NCBI RefSeq assembly: GCF_965208055.1
Contig: NZ_CBDBNY010000004.1
Span: 389,706 to 453,705 of the forward strand
DNA: 64,000 nucleotides
Direction: 5' to 3'
From: Candidatus Palauibacter sp.
GTDB taxonomy: Bacteria; Gemmatimonadota; Gemmatimonadetes; Palauibacterales; Palauibacteraceae
The notes beneath the pieces were generated by a model, which did no database searches, had not been told where the DNA came from, and was given only the letters and a program-made list of their open reading frames with translations. The position numbers and the translations under genes are program-made. Of this stretch, positions 25,507 through 34,578 are shown in pieces (the stretch's first letter is position 1; every line of letters begins with the position of its first letter).

Positions 25507-26811
25507 TCAGGCGGGGATACCGTGCTTCACCGCGTGGGTCATCGCGTCCACGAAGCGGTCGAGTTCCTCCATCGTCGTGTAGGTCGAGGGGGAGATCCTG
25601 AGGCCCGTGAACTCGGCGTGGTTGATGCCAACCGTGAAGATCCGGTGCTTGTTCCACAGCCAGTTGCGGAGCGCGCTCGTGTCGATGCCCTCGACCTGGA
25701 CGTTCGCGATCCCGCACGCGAAGCCCGGCTTGAGGCTCGTGTTGAGCCGCACCCGGTCGTGCTCGAGGAGCTGGTCCGCCCAGTAGTTCCGCAGGTGGAC
25801 GAGGCGGGCTTCCTTGCGCTCTCCGCCGACCAGCTGGTGGAAGGTGAGCGCCTCGCCGATGGCGAGGAAGTTGGCCTCGGGGTGCGTGCCGATCGCCTCG
25901 AACTTCCGGATGTCGTCGTTGCTGCTCTCGGGCGCGGCCTGCAGCGGCCAGATCTCCGGGATCTTCTCCTTCCTCACATACAGGAGGCCGGTGCCGACCG
26001 GGGCGTGCAGCCACTTGTGCAGGCTCACCGCGTAGTTGTCGCAGTTGAGATCGGAGAGGGTAAAGTCATGGTGCGCCATGGAATGCGCGCCGTCGACGAG
26101 GACCGGGACGTCGTAGCCGCGCGCCATCTCCACGACCTCGCGCACGGGAAGGATCTGCCCGGTGATGTTGATCATGTGACACATGAGGATGAGCCGCGTG
26201 CGGTCGGTGATCTGCTCCTCGAACAGCCGCACGATCTCGGCCGGATCCTCGGCGGGGATCGGGATCTTGAACTGCTTGAGGACGATCCCCTCGCGCCGCT
26301 CGCGCTGCTTGAAGGTCGTGATCATGCGCCCGTAATCCTGCGTCGTCGTCACCACTTCGTCGCCGCGCTCGAGGTCGTATCCGTTCTGGAGGATCTGGAG
26401 ACCCTCCGACGCGTTGCGCGTGATCGCGACCTCCTCGGGGTCCACATCCCACTGGCGGGCGAGCCGGGCGCGGACGCCCTCCCGCTGCGGCTCCAGGATC
26501 TGCCACCCGTTGTAGACCGGGATCTGGTTCGCGAAGTCGAGATCCCGCTTCATTGCCTCGAGCACGTGGGCGGGCGTCGGGCTCACGCCCCCGTTGTTGA
26601 GGTTGACGAGGGAACGGTCGGTGGTGAACGCCTTCTGGATCTCGAGCCAGAATTCCTCGTCGCGCGCGATCTCCTCGGGGGAGCCGGGGGTGCGGGACAA
26701 GTCACGGGCCGCCGCCATGGCGGTGTTCCACTTCGTGGGCACGGCGGTCATGACTCCGGCGGCTGCGGCGGAGCCCCCGAGGCGGGCGAGGAATCGTCGT
26801 CGGGTGGGCAT
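25507..26811 (-). CDS. Class V (PLP-dependent) aminotransferase / cysteine-desulfurase-like enzyme with a Tat signal
   Basis: AGGAGG lies 4 nt before ATG 26811. The twin-arginine signal is MPTRRRFLARLGGSAAAAG. The PLP-lysine context is AVSLHKW. Confidence 0.85.
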   Translation of the reverse strand: MPTRRRFLARLGGSAAAAGVMTAVPTKWNTAMAAARDLSRTPGSPEEIARDEEFWLEIQKAFTTDRSLVNLNNGGVSPTPAHVLEAMKRDLDFANQIPVYNGWQILEPQREGVRARLARQWDVDPEEVAITRNASEGLQILQNGYDLERGDEVVTTTQDYGRMITTFKQRERREGIVLKQFKIPIPAEDPAEIVRLFEEQITDRTRLILMCHMINITGQILPVREVVEMARGYDVPVLVDGAHSMAHHDFTLSDLNCDNYAVSLHKWLHAPVGTGLLYVRKEKIPEIWPLQAAPESSNDDIRKFEAIGTHPEANFLAIGEALTFHQLVGGERKEARLVHLRNYWADQLLEHDRVRLNTSLKPGFACGIANVQVEGIDTSALRNWLWNKHRIFTVGINHAEFTGLRISPSTYTTMEELDRFVDAMTHAVKHGIPA

Positions 26812-26913
26812 GCGGCCTCCTGGCTGGTTCGATACCGGTCCGGCTACTGCCAAATAGACCGTTTTCGAAGCCGCGAGCAAGTCTGACGCCCGCTGCCTCC
26901 CGGGTGCGACAGG

Positions 26914-27477
26914 TCAGTCCGTTGCCGTGATCATGGCCAGGATCGGTTCGATCGCGGCCTCCGCCAGTTCCTCGAGTTCGCGGGCCGTGCGGTTCTGGAT
27001 GGGGTGCGGGACCCAGACGATGGCGGGCTCGAAGCCGAGCGAGCGCGACTGGCTGCGCGCGGCCTGCTCGAACTCGGTCGTGACGACGAAGCAGCCGGGG
27101 ATCCCGCGTTCATCGAGGTCTCTGAGGTCGTGCAGACCGCACGACGTGCATGACCCTCAATCGGCCAGCGCCTGCACGACGACATCGGCCTCGGTGGCGA
27201 TCCGCTGCAGCAACTCGGTCGGCGCCCGCCGCGCGTTGGTCGGCTTGTCCGTGCGGATCGTCTCGACGCCGAGCGCGTCCAGGCGCGTCTTCACGTGGTC
27301 GAGGAATTCGTCGCTGCGCAGCTTGCCGATTCCCTGAAGCGCCACGACCCGCCCCTCCAGCGACGAGGGCGGTGCACGCCGCGGGCGCATCTCGGGGGCG
27401 AGTTCGGAGGTGGGATCGTGAAGAATCGTCGTTGGGGTCGTTGGGGCAGCCGGAGTCGCCGGGGTCGGAGCCGTCAT
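26914..27477 (-). CDS. UGSC-family selenoprotein (187 codons, with an in-frame UGA at 27159-27157 read as selenocysteine)
   Basis: The track ORF stops at TGA after ...VVQALAD. The same frame continues for 80 more codons as (U)GSCTSCGLHDLRDLDERGIPGCFVVTTEF...VPHPIQNRTARELEE... up to TGA at 26916-26914. The ATG overlaps the upstream gene's stop (ATGA). A hairpin follows the UGA. Confidence 0.75.
27127..27145 (-). promoter_or_regulatory. SECIS-like mRNA hairpin downstream of the in-frame UGA
   Basis: The mRNA reads GUCGUGC-GGUCU-GCACGAC, a perfect 7-bp stem that starts 11 nt after the UGA. An outer GGUC/GACC pairing is possible. The GGUCU apical loop resembles the loop I recall for the E. coli fdhF SECIS. 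Confidence 0.6.
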
Positions 27478-28925
27478 GTCTCGATCTCTCTGGTGATGGG
27501 GTGTGAGTGCCGCCAGGCGCGGCCGCCGGGCCAGCCGGCCAGGATCGCGGAGTACAACCCGGCCGCGCCGCCGGCCCGGGCGAGGAGCAGTCCGCCGGGC
27601 GGGAATTTTGGCACGTGGCGGCGCGTTTCCGAGTCCGGCACGCCCTCCGCCAAGCCTCCCGCGCCGCGCGCGACCTCGCCCAACGGCCGCGCCGTCGCCT
27701 CCAGCAGCGCTTCGGTGATCCGCGCCCGGTCCCAGCCGGCTTCCCGGTAGATGGCGTAGTGCTCGGGCGAGAGGAGCAGCACGGCGTGCGCCCACTCGCA
27801 GATCTTCGGGTGGCAGACGGCCAGCAGGCACGCGGCGAGCGACGCGGTCAGTTCATCGGGCGTGCGGGAGCGCTGGTCCATGATCCCCTGCACGCCTTCC
27901 CCCTGGAAGAGGGTGACCGCGCTGGCCCCGCGCGGGAGGCCGCGTGAAACCGAAAGGGGCTCCCACTCCTCGTCCGATTCGTCCTCCGCGAAACAGAACG
28001 TGTACTTGCTGGGCGCCCCGAAGGTCGAGCGGTCGATCTCGCCCGGGCGCCCGCCGCCCACGTTGCGCACGATGAGGTTGAGCGCCCGTCCGATGGTCGC
28101 GTTGGCGCGGTTCCCCTGGCCGAGGACGTTGAGTCCCGAGTTCATCCCGATACGACGCGCGATGGGACCGTTCACGATGACGAGGGGCGCCGTGAAGCAT
28201 GTGCTGCACAGGATCCCGTGCAGCGTGAAGTCGGGGTCGAGCGCCGCCTCGAGCGTCGCGAGCACGACCGGCATGTACTCCGGCTTGCACCCTGCGAGCA
28301 CGGCGTTGATCGCGACCTTCTCGACCGTGCACTCGGCGTAATCCGGCGGCACCGCGCCCACGACCTCGTCCGGATCCCGAGTCGTGCCCGCGAGCATGCG
28401 CAATATCCGCTCCGGCGTCGGCGGGACGACGGGCAGCCCATCCGTCCACCCGCGCTCGAAGCACGCCTCCGCGGCGTCCGCATGCGGTTCCAGCGCCACC
28501 TGTCGCGCTTCGATGCCGGTCTCGCCGAAGCGTGCGCGCAGGCGTTCCGCCGCGCCGGGTTCGACGGACCGGGAACCGCAGCCCGGCTGGAACTCGGGCA
28601 ATTCCGCGCCCAGATCCGGAGTCGACGTCAGGTCGCGCCACTCCGCCCGGTTCCAGCCCACCGCGCGGCCCGTCTCTTTTCCATCCTCGAAGCGTACGAG
28701 CGTGGGGACCGTCTCGATGTCGAGGCGGAAGGAGTGTTCGAGTTCCGTATCGTCAACCACGCCTGAAAGCGACGCGGGAAAGTCCGGGTCGTCCTGGCTG
28801 AAGACGGCGAGACCGTCGCGGCCGCCAGCAAGCCGCTCCAGAACCGGCTCGACGAGATGACATGTGGGACAGTCCCGCTTCACGACGGCCGCGAGACTGT
28901 CGCTCGGCACCAAAGGGCGTTCCAT
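27474..28925 (-). CDS. Thioredoxin-fold (CPTC) N-terminal domain fused to a larger conserved domain of unknown function
   Basis: The N-terminus carries KRDCPTCHLVEPVLERLAG (CxxC in a thioredoxin-like context). It is a 483-aa ORF with good codon bias. Its stop overlaps the selenoprotein start. The start was chosen at MERPLVPS and no clear RBS is visible. Confidence 0.7.
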   Translation of the reverse strand: MERPLVPSDSLAAVVKRDCPTCHLVEPVLERLAGGRDGLAVFSQDDPDFPASLSGVVDDTELEHSFRLDIETVPTLVRFEDGKETGRAVGWNRAEWRDLTSTPDLGAELPEFQPGCGSRSVEPGAAERLRARFGETGIEARQVALEPHADAAEACFERGWTDGLPVVPPTPERILRMLAGTTRDPDEVVGAVPPDYAECTVEKVAINAVLAGCKPEYMPVVLATLEAALDPDFTLHGILCSTCFTAPLVIVNGPIARRIGMNSGLNVLGQGNRANATIGRALNLIVRNVGGGRPGEIDRSTFGAPSKYTFCFAEDESDEEWEPLSVSRGLPRGASAVTLFQGEGVQGIMDQRSRTPDELTASLAACLLAVCHPKICEWAHAVLLLSPEHYAIYREAGWDRARITEALLEATARPLGEVARGAGGLAEGVPDSETRRHVPKFPPGGLLLARAGGAAGLYSAILAGWPGGRAWRHSHPITREIET

Positions 28926-29158
28926 GCTGCAACGGTAACGCCCCGCGAACGTCCGAACAAAACCGGGATATTCGTTCTGAAGCCAAGATCGATGCGCCTC
29001 CCGGCCCGCCGCTCGAGATCCAAGTTGCGGCGGCGGGTGCGGCGGCACCGGGGCTGGAGGTGCCGAGCGCCGGGAGCGGTTGCGTCAGCGCGAAACACTT
29101 ACATTATTGCAATTAGTAAGGCGGTGCTGCACACTGCAATGCGAACGGAGGTGCGGTC

Positions 29159-29392
29159 ATGCTCGAATCCGCGGTAACGAAAAAAGGACAGACCACGCTC
29201 CCCAAGCCCGTCCGGGACACGCTGGGCGTGCAGGCCGGTGACCGCGTGCGCTACATCGTTCTGGACGGCGAGGTGCGCATACTGCCCGTGCGCCCTATCC
29301 ATCGGCTGTTTGGCGTGTTGAAGCACGATGGCTCCCCCGTCACCGTGGAGGAAATGAAGCGAGCCGTAGCCGACGGGGCGTCTGAGGAATGA
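29159..29392 (+). CDS. vapB: AbrB/SpoVT-family antitoxin (VapB-type)
   Basis: The product contains KKGQTTLPKPVRDTLGVQAGDRVRY, a swapped-hairpin AbrB motif. A GGAGGTG RBS precedes the start. There is an ATGA overlap with the PIN gene. Confidence 0.85.
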   Translation: MLESAVTKKGQTTLPKPVRDTLGVQAGDRVRYIVLDGEVRILPVRPIHRLFGVLKHDGSPVTVEEMKRAVADGASEE

Positions 29393-29784
29393 TTGCCCTC
29401 GACACCAACGTCCTCGTCCGCTACCTGGTGCGCGACAACGAGCAGCAGGCGGAGGCCGCTCGCGCTTTGTTGGAATCGCTCACGACCGAACGTCCAGGCT
29501 ATGCCTGCCGCGAGGTTGTCGTGGAACTCGTCTGGGTTCTGGAGCGGGCCTACGGGGTTTCCCGCGAACGCATCGCGACCATCCTGCAGGAACTCGTCGC
29601 GACGCAGAGTCTCGTTATCGAGGCCGCGGACGATGTGGCCCGAGCCGCGTTTCGCTACCAGGCAGGTGGCCCGGGATTCTCGGATCAAATGGTCCTTGCC
29701 GCGGCGGAGCGGTCCGGAGCGCGGCCGCTCTACACCTTCGATCGGAAGGCGGCGCGACTGGAGGGTGTCGAATTGTTGCGGTGA
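29389..29784 (+). CDS. vapC: PIN-domain toxin (VapC-type)
   Basis: MIALDTNVLVRY provides the first PIN acidic residue, and FSDQMVLAAAERSG...YTFDRK is also present. Confidence 0.85.
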   Translation: MIALDTNVLVRYLVRDNEQQAEAARALLESLTTERPGYACREVVVELVWVLERAYGVSRERIATILQELVATQSLVIEAADDVARAAFRYQAGGPGFSDQMVLAAAERSGARPLYTFDRKAARLEGVELLR

Positions 29785-29929
29785 GGACCGGCGGCGTCAC
29801 GCTCCGCCGCCTACACTCCGTACAAATCGAGCCCGAGCCGGAGACATTCCTCCTTCACGCCGCGCCGGACTCGGACGGCCCGGCCGTTGACCGCGCGCGG
29901 GACTGAACGGACATTCACCCAGGCGTGTT

Positions 29930-29959
29930 GTGAAGGGATGTGAAGGGATGTGAAGGGGT
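29930..29959. repeat. 10-bp tandem repeat, three copies (GTGAAGGGAT)
   Basis: The sequence gtgaagggat gtgaagggat gtgaaggggt lies about 45 bp upstream of the amidohydrolase start codon. Confidence 0.8.
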
Positions 29960-30002
29960 TTTGTTTCACCGTGATGGACCCACTCGGAAGGATGTATCTC
30001 TC

Positions 30003-31715
30003 ATGAACCGAACCGCACTCGCGCGCCGGCTGGCGGGCGGGGTGGTCCCGGGGCTGCTCCTCGCATCGCTGTCCGGCCTCGCCGCTCCGACGCCCGCCGA
30101 CGCACAGTACATGCCGAGCCAGACCCCGGTGCCTCCCCCGTTCTTCGCGCTCCGGAACGCGCGCATCGTGACCGGCACGGGCGCCGTGATCGAGAACGGC
30201 ACCGTCGTCATCGCGAACGGCCTCATCGAGGCGGTCGGAGCCGACGTCGAGGTCCCCGGCGATGCCTGGGCGATCGACGTCTCGGGCCTGACCGTCTACC
30301 CCGGCCTGTTCGACGGGCTGTCCCAGGTTGGGATGGCCTCGCAGGCAGGCAGTCCGGGAGGCGGCGGGGGAGGCAACCCCTTCGCCGTCTTTGCCGAGCA
30401 GGCGAACCAGCCCCGCACCGTGGGGCCCGAGGATCGTCCGGCGACGAACTCCTGGGTCAACGCGGCGGACATGCTGGATCCGGACTCCGACGCGATCGAG
30501 ACGTGGCGCAGCGGCGGGTTCACGAACGCGCTCGTGGCGCCCGATGACGGGATCGTGACGGGACAGGGCGTCGTGGTGAACCTCGCCGGCGACGAGCAGG
30601 AGATGGTCGTGAAGGCGCCCGCCGCGCTGCGGGTGACGATGAGCGGGGCCGGCGGATTCCGGAGCTTCCCGGGTTCACTCATGGGCGTCATCGCCTACGT
30701 CCGGCAACTCTACCTGGACGCGGACCACAGCCGGCAGTACGAGGCGCGCTACATGGCCAACCCGAGCGGCCAGCCCAGGCCCACCTACGACCGGGCGCTC
30801 GGTCCGATCCAGGACGCGATCGCCGGAGGGTGGCCGACGGTCATGCCGGCGAACGAGGTGCGGCAGATCCGGCGGGCGATCAAGCTGGGGCGCGACACCG
30901 GTGCACGACCGCTCCTCCAGGGCGCGCACGAGGCGTACGAACTGGCCGACGAGATCGCGGCCGCGGGCGTCCAGGTGCTCGTCAACGTGGACTGGCCCGA
31001 GCGGAACCGCGATGCGGATCCGGAGGCCGACGAGTCGCTCGCGTCGCTGAAGCGCCGCGCCTATGCGCCTACGACCCCGGCCCGGCTCGAGGAGGCGGGC
31101 GTCGAATGGGCCTTCTACAGCGGCTCGGCCGGCAACCCCCGCGCCATGATGGACAACGTGCGGGCCGCGATCGAGAACGGGCTCTCGGAGGAAGCGGCTC
31201 TGGAAGCGCTCACCGCCGCCCCGGCGCGGATCTACGGCGTGGACGCGATGCTGGGCTCCGTCGAGGCGGGGAAGATTGCGAACCTCGTCGTCACGGACGG
31301 CCCGCTGTTCGACGAGGACACGGACATTCGGATGGTGTTCGTCGACGGCCACAAGTTCGAGGAGGAGGCGCCCGAGCCCAGGCCGACCGAACCGCCGGCC
31401 GTCGACATGAACGGCACCTGGCTCCTCTCCCTGAACAACGATTCGCAGGAGGCGACGGCCGAACTCGAGGTGTCGGAGGACGGCACGATCTCCGGCACGA
31501 TCCAGGGCGAGCGGGGCGAGCAGCAGATCACGGACGGCTGGGTGAGCGGCAACGAGTTCAGCATCACCGCCTCCGCCACGATGGGACCGGGCATGGAAGT
31601 GGAGATCGTCTATACCGGCACGGTCGAGGACGATTCGATCGAAGGGAACGCTTCCTTCGGCGGCATGCGCAACATGGACTTCACGGGCGCGAGGCCCGGG
31701 GGAGGCGTCCGATGA
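30003..31715 (+). CDS. Amidohydrolase-family protein 1 (secreted)
   Basis: The signal peptide is MNRTALARRLAGGVVPGLLLASLSGLAAPTPADA. The N-terminal composite-domain motif IVIANGLIEAVG is typical of this family. Confidence 0.8.
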   Translation: MNRTALARRLAGGVVPGLLLASLSGLAAPTPADAQYMPSQTPVPPPFFALRNARIVTGTGAVIENGTVVIANGLIEAVGADVEVPGDAWAIDVSGLTVYPGLFDGLSQVGMASQAGSPGGGGGGNPFAVFAEQANQPRTVGPEDRPATNSWVNAADMLDPDSDAIETWRSGGFTNALVAPDDGIVTGQGVVVNLAGDEQEMVVKAPAALRVTMSGAGGFRSFPGSLMGVIAYVRQLYLDADHSRQYEARYMANPSGQPRPTYDRALGPIQDAIAGGWPTVMPANEVRQIRRAIKLGRDTGARPLLQGAHEAYELADEIAAAGVQVLVNVDWPERNRDADPEADESLASLKRRAYAPTTPARLEEAGVEWAFYSGSAGNPRAMMDNVRAAIENGLSEEAALEALTAAPARIYGVDAMLGSVEAGKIANLVVTDGPLFDEDTDIRMVFVDGHKFEEEAPEPRPTEPPAVDMNGTWLLSLNNDSQEATAELEVSEDGTISGTIQGERGEQQITDGWVSGNEFSITASATMGPGMEVEIVYTGTVEDDSIEGNASFGGMRNMDFTGARPGGGVR

Positions 31716-33136
31716 GACAGGCCATGAGACAGGCCATGAGACACGGTACGGGGCGGGTGGGGGCTGGCTGGCTGGCGCTCGCGGTCGCGCTCGGGATTCC
31801 GGGCGGGGTCGCCGCGCAGGACCAGCCGATCCTGATCCGCGGTGCGACGATCCTCACCGCGGCGGAAGCCGGCCGGATCGAAGACGGCGCCGTCCTGTTC
31901 CAGAACGGGCGCATCGTCGCGGTCGGCCCGACTTCCGAAGTGGAAGCGCCGTCCGATGCGATGGTCATCGACGGCACGGGCAAGTTCGTGACCCCCGGAA
32001 TCGTCGACGCCCACTCCCACATCGCGGCGGACGCGATCAACGAGGGGGCGGTCTCCGTCTCCTCCATGGTCTCGATCCACGACGTGATCGACCCGACGGA
32101 CATCGCGATCTACCGCGAGGCTGCGGGCGGCACGACGACATCGCACGTCATGCACGGAAGCGCGAACCCGATCGGCGGGAACAACGCCGTCATCAAGCAC
32201 CGCTGGGGCGCCGATGCGCAGGGCCTCCTCTTCCAGGGCGCCCCGCCGACGATCAAGTTCGCGCTCGGCGAGAACCCGAAGCGGGCCGGCAGTCCCACCC
32301 TCCCCGGCCAGGAAGCGCGCTATCCCGCCTCCCGCATGGGCGTGATGGACGTGATCCGGCAGGCCTTCATCGAGGCCGCCGAGTACAAGGCCGAGTGGGA
32401 CGCCTACCGCGCCCGGATGGCCGATGGCGACCGCGACGCGATCCCGCCGCGGCGCAACCTGACCATGGATCCGCTGGTCGAGGTCCTCGAAGGCGCGCGC
32501 TATGTGCACGCGCATAGCTACCGCGCGGACGAGATCCTGCAGCTCATGAGGGTGGCCGAGGAGTTCGGCTTCCGCATCCACACCTTCCAGCACGTGCTCG
32601 AGGGCTACCGCGTCGCCGACGAGATGGCGGAGCACGGGGCCCACGCCTCCACGTTCTCCGACTGGTGGGCCTACAAAATGGAGGCCTACGAGGCGATCCC
32701 GTACAACGCCGCGATCATGACCCAACGCGGAGTCAACGTCTCCATCAATTCCGACAGCGGAGAAGAAGGACGGCACCTCAATCAGGAAGCCGCCAAGACG
32801 ATGAAGTGGGGCGGTCTGAGCGAGGCGGAGGCCCTCGCCACCGTCACGATCAATCCGGCGATCCAGCTCATGATCGACGACCGGGTGGGCTCGCTGGAGG
32901 CAGGGAAGGACGCGGACATCGTCCTGTGGGAGAACTATCCGCTTTCCTCCTACGCCATGGTCCGGACCACGTATATCGACGGCGAGGCGGTGTTCGATGT
33001 CGACGCGGACATGGCGATGCGGGCCGGGATCGAGGCCGAGAAGGCGGAGTTGAGAGAGCTGCTCGGAGAGGCCGACGACCCGGAGGACTCCGGCGACGAG
33101 CGGGATCCGGGCACGCGGTCGGGAGGCGGACGATGA
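31712..33136 (+). CDS. Amidohydrolase-family protein 2 (metal-dependent; HxH motif)
   Basis: There is an ATGA overlap with the previous gene. A signal peptide is present. GIVDAHSHIA is the metal-binding HxH motif. Confidence 0.85.
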   Translation: MRQAMRQAMRHGTGRVGAGWLALAVALGIPGGVAAQDQPILIRGATILTAAEAGRIEDGAVLFQNGRIVAVGPTSEVEAPSDAMVIDGTGKFVTPGIVDAHSHIAADAINEGAVSVSSMVSIHDVIDPTDIAIYREAAGGTTTSHVMHGSANPIGGNNAVIKHRWGADAQGLLFQGAPPTIKFALGENPKRAGSPTLPGQEARYPASRMGVMDVIRQAFIEAAEYKAEWDAYRARMADGDRDAIPPRRNLTMDPLVEVLEGARYVHAHSYRADEILQLMRVAEEFGFRIHTFQHVLEGYRVADEMAEHGAHASTFSDWWAYKMEAYEAIPYNAAIMTQRGVNVSINSDSGEEGRHLNQEAAKTMKWGGLSEAEALATVTINPAIQLMIDDRVGSLEAGKDADIVLWENYPLSSYAMVRTTYIDGEAVFDVDADMAMRAGIEAEKAELRELLGEADDPEDSGDERDPGTRSGGGR

Positions 33137-34539
33137 CGCGCAGATCCGGAAACACTCCCGTGAACATCCTTGCCAACACTACGAACCACAGGATCGACAC
33201 CATGGTGAAGTCGATAGTCGCGACGGCGGCAGTCCTCGGGACCCTCGGAGTCGCCGTGCCGGTTCAGGCGGCGGCGCAGGAGGGCGGGACGTTCGCCGTG
33301 CAGGGGGCCACGATCCACACGGTGTCCGACGGCGTCATCGACGAGGGGACGATCGTGATCAGGGACGGCCGCATCATCGCCGTCGGAAGCGATGTCGAGG
33401 TCCCGGCGGACGCCGAGATCATCGACGGAGAGGGGAAGCACGTCTTTCCCGGCATGATCGATTCCTTCAGCTCGCTCGGGCTCACGGAGATCGGGGCCGT
33501 CGCGGTGACGAACGACGCGAGCGAATTGGGCCGCTGGAACCCGCATCTCAACGCGCATACGGCGATCCACCCCGCCAGCGAGCACATCCCGGTCGCGCGC
33601 GCGAACGGGATCACGCACACGATGACGGCGCCCGGCGGCGGTGGAGGCTCCGGCATCCAGGGCCAGGCCACGCTCATCCATCTCGATGGCTGGACGGTGG
33701 AGGAGATGGAGATCGAGAAGACCGCGGCCATGGTCCTCGGCTGGCCCACGCTCTCGACGAGTTTCCGCGCCTTCGCCGGTTTCGGCCGTCCGGCAGGCGG
33801 CCGTTCCTTCCGCCAGGCGCAGGAGCGCTTCGACGAGCAGGTGGCGGAGATGGACGAGTGGTTTGTCGCCGCGGATCACTACCGGCAGGCGGTGGCCTCC
33901 GGGTCGAGCCGCGTGCCCCGCAACATCCAGCTCGAGCACCTGTCGCGCGTCCTCGACCGGGGAATGAAGGTCATCGTGCGTGCGAACGGCTGGCGCGAGA
34001 TCGAGTCGGCCATCGAGTTCGCGGAGAAGTGGAACCTGGACCTCGTCATCGCGGGCGGGACCGGCGCGCGCGAGATCGCGGGCACGCTGGCCGAAAAGAA
34101 CGTCCCCGTCATCCTGGGCCCGGTGCAGCGGCTGCCGCAGGGCGAGGACACCGCGTACGACGACCCGAACACGCTGCCCGGCGTGCTGCACGACGCGGGG
34201 GTCGAAATCGCGTTCGCCACCTTCAACTCCGCCGACTCGCGGACGCTGCCCTACGAGGCGGCGAACTCCGTGTCGTGGGGGCTCACGAAGGATGCGGCAC
34301 TGGAGGCCGTGACGCTGGCGCCCGCGCGGGTGCTGGGCGTCGACGACCGGCTCGGGTCGCTGGAGGTCGGAAAGGTGGGGAACCTGATCGTGACCGACGG
34401 GGATCCGCTCGAGATCACGACGGAGATCGAGTGGGTGTTCATCAAGGGCGTGCCGTCCGACCTGGACAACAAGCACCGCAGCCTGTGGGAGAAGTATGAC
34501 AACCGTCCCGCACGGCGAGTGACCACGACGACGACCTGA
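33133..34539 (+). CDS. Amidohydrolase-family protein 3
   Basis: There is an ATGA overlap with the previous gene. An alternative start at ATG 33202 (MVKSIVATAAVLG...) would give a cleaner signal peptide. IVIRDGRIIAVG and PGMIDSFSSLG motifs are present. Confidence 0.8.
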   Translation: MTRRSGNTPVNILANTTNHRIDTMVKSIVATAAVLGTLGVAVPVQAAAQEGGTFAVQGATIHTVSDGVIDEGTIVIRDGRIIAVGSDVEVPADAEIIDGEGKHVFPGMIDSFSSLGLTEIGAVAVTNDASELGRWNPHLNAHTAIHPASEHIPVARANGITHTMTAPGGGGGSGIQGQATLIHLDGWTVEEMEIEKTAAMVLGWPTLSTSFRAFAGFGRPAGGRSFRQAQERFDEQVAEMDEWFVAADHYRQAVASGSSRVPRNIQLEHLSRVLDRGMKVIVRANGWREIESAIEFAEKWNLDLVIAGGTGAREIAGTLAEKNVPVILGPVQRLPQGEDTAYDDPNTLPGVLHDAGVEIAFATFNSADSRTLPYEAANSVSWGLTKDAALEAVTLAPARVLGVDDRLGSLEVGKVGNLIVTDGDPLEITTEIEWVFIKGVPSDLDNKHRSLWEKYDNRPARRVTTTTT

Positions 34540-34578
34540 CGGCCGGAGCCGGACCGGGAGTTTGTCGACCTGCGCCGG

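Noticed and set aside
31712-31745. A 12-bp tandem duplication (GAGACAGGCCAT, about 2.5 copies) at the junction of amidohydrolase genes 1 and 2, encoding MRQAMRQAMRH.
   Set aside because: It sits in the dispensable n-region of a signal peptide and keeps the frame. It is most simply a neutral slippage duplication rather than a functional element.
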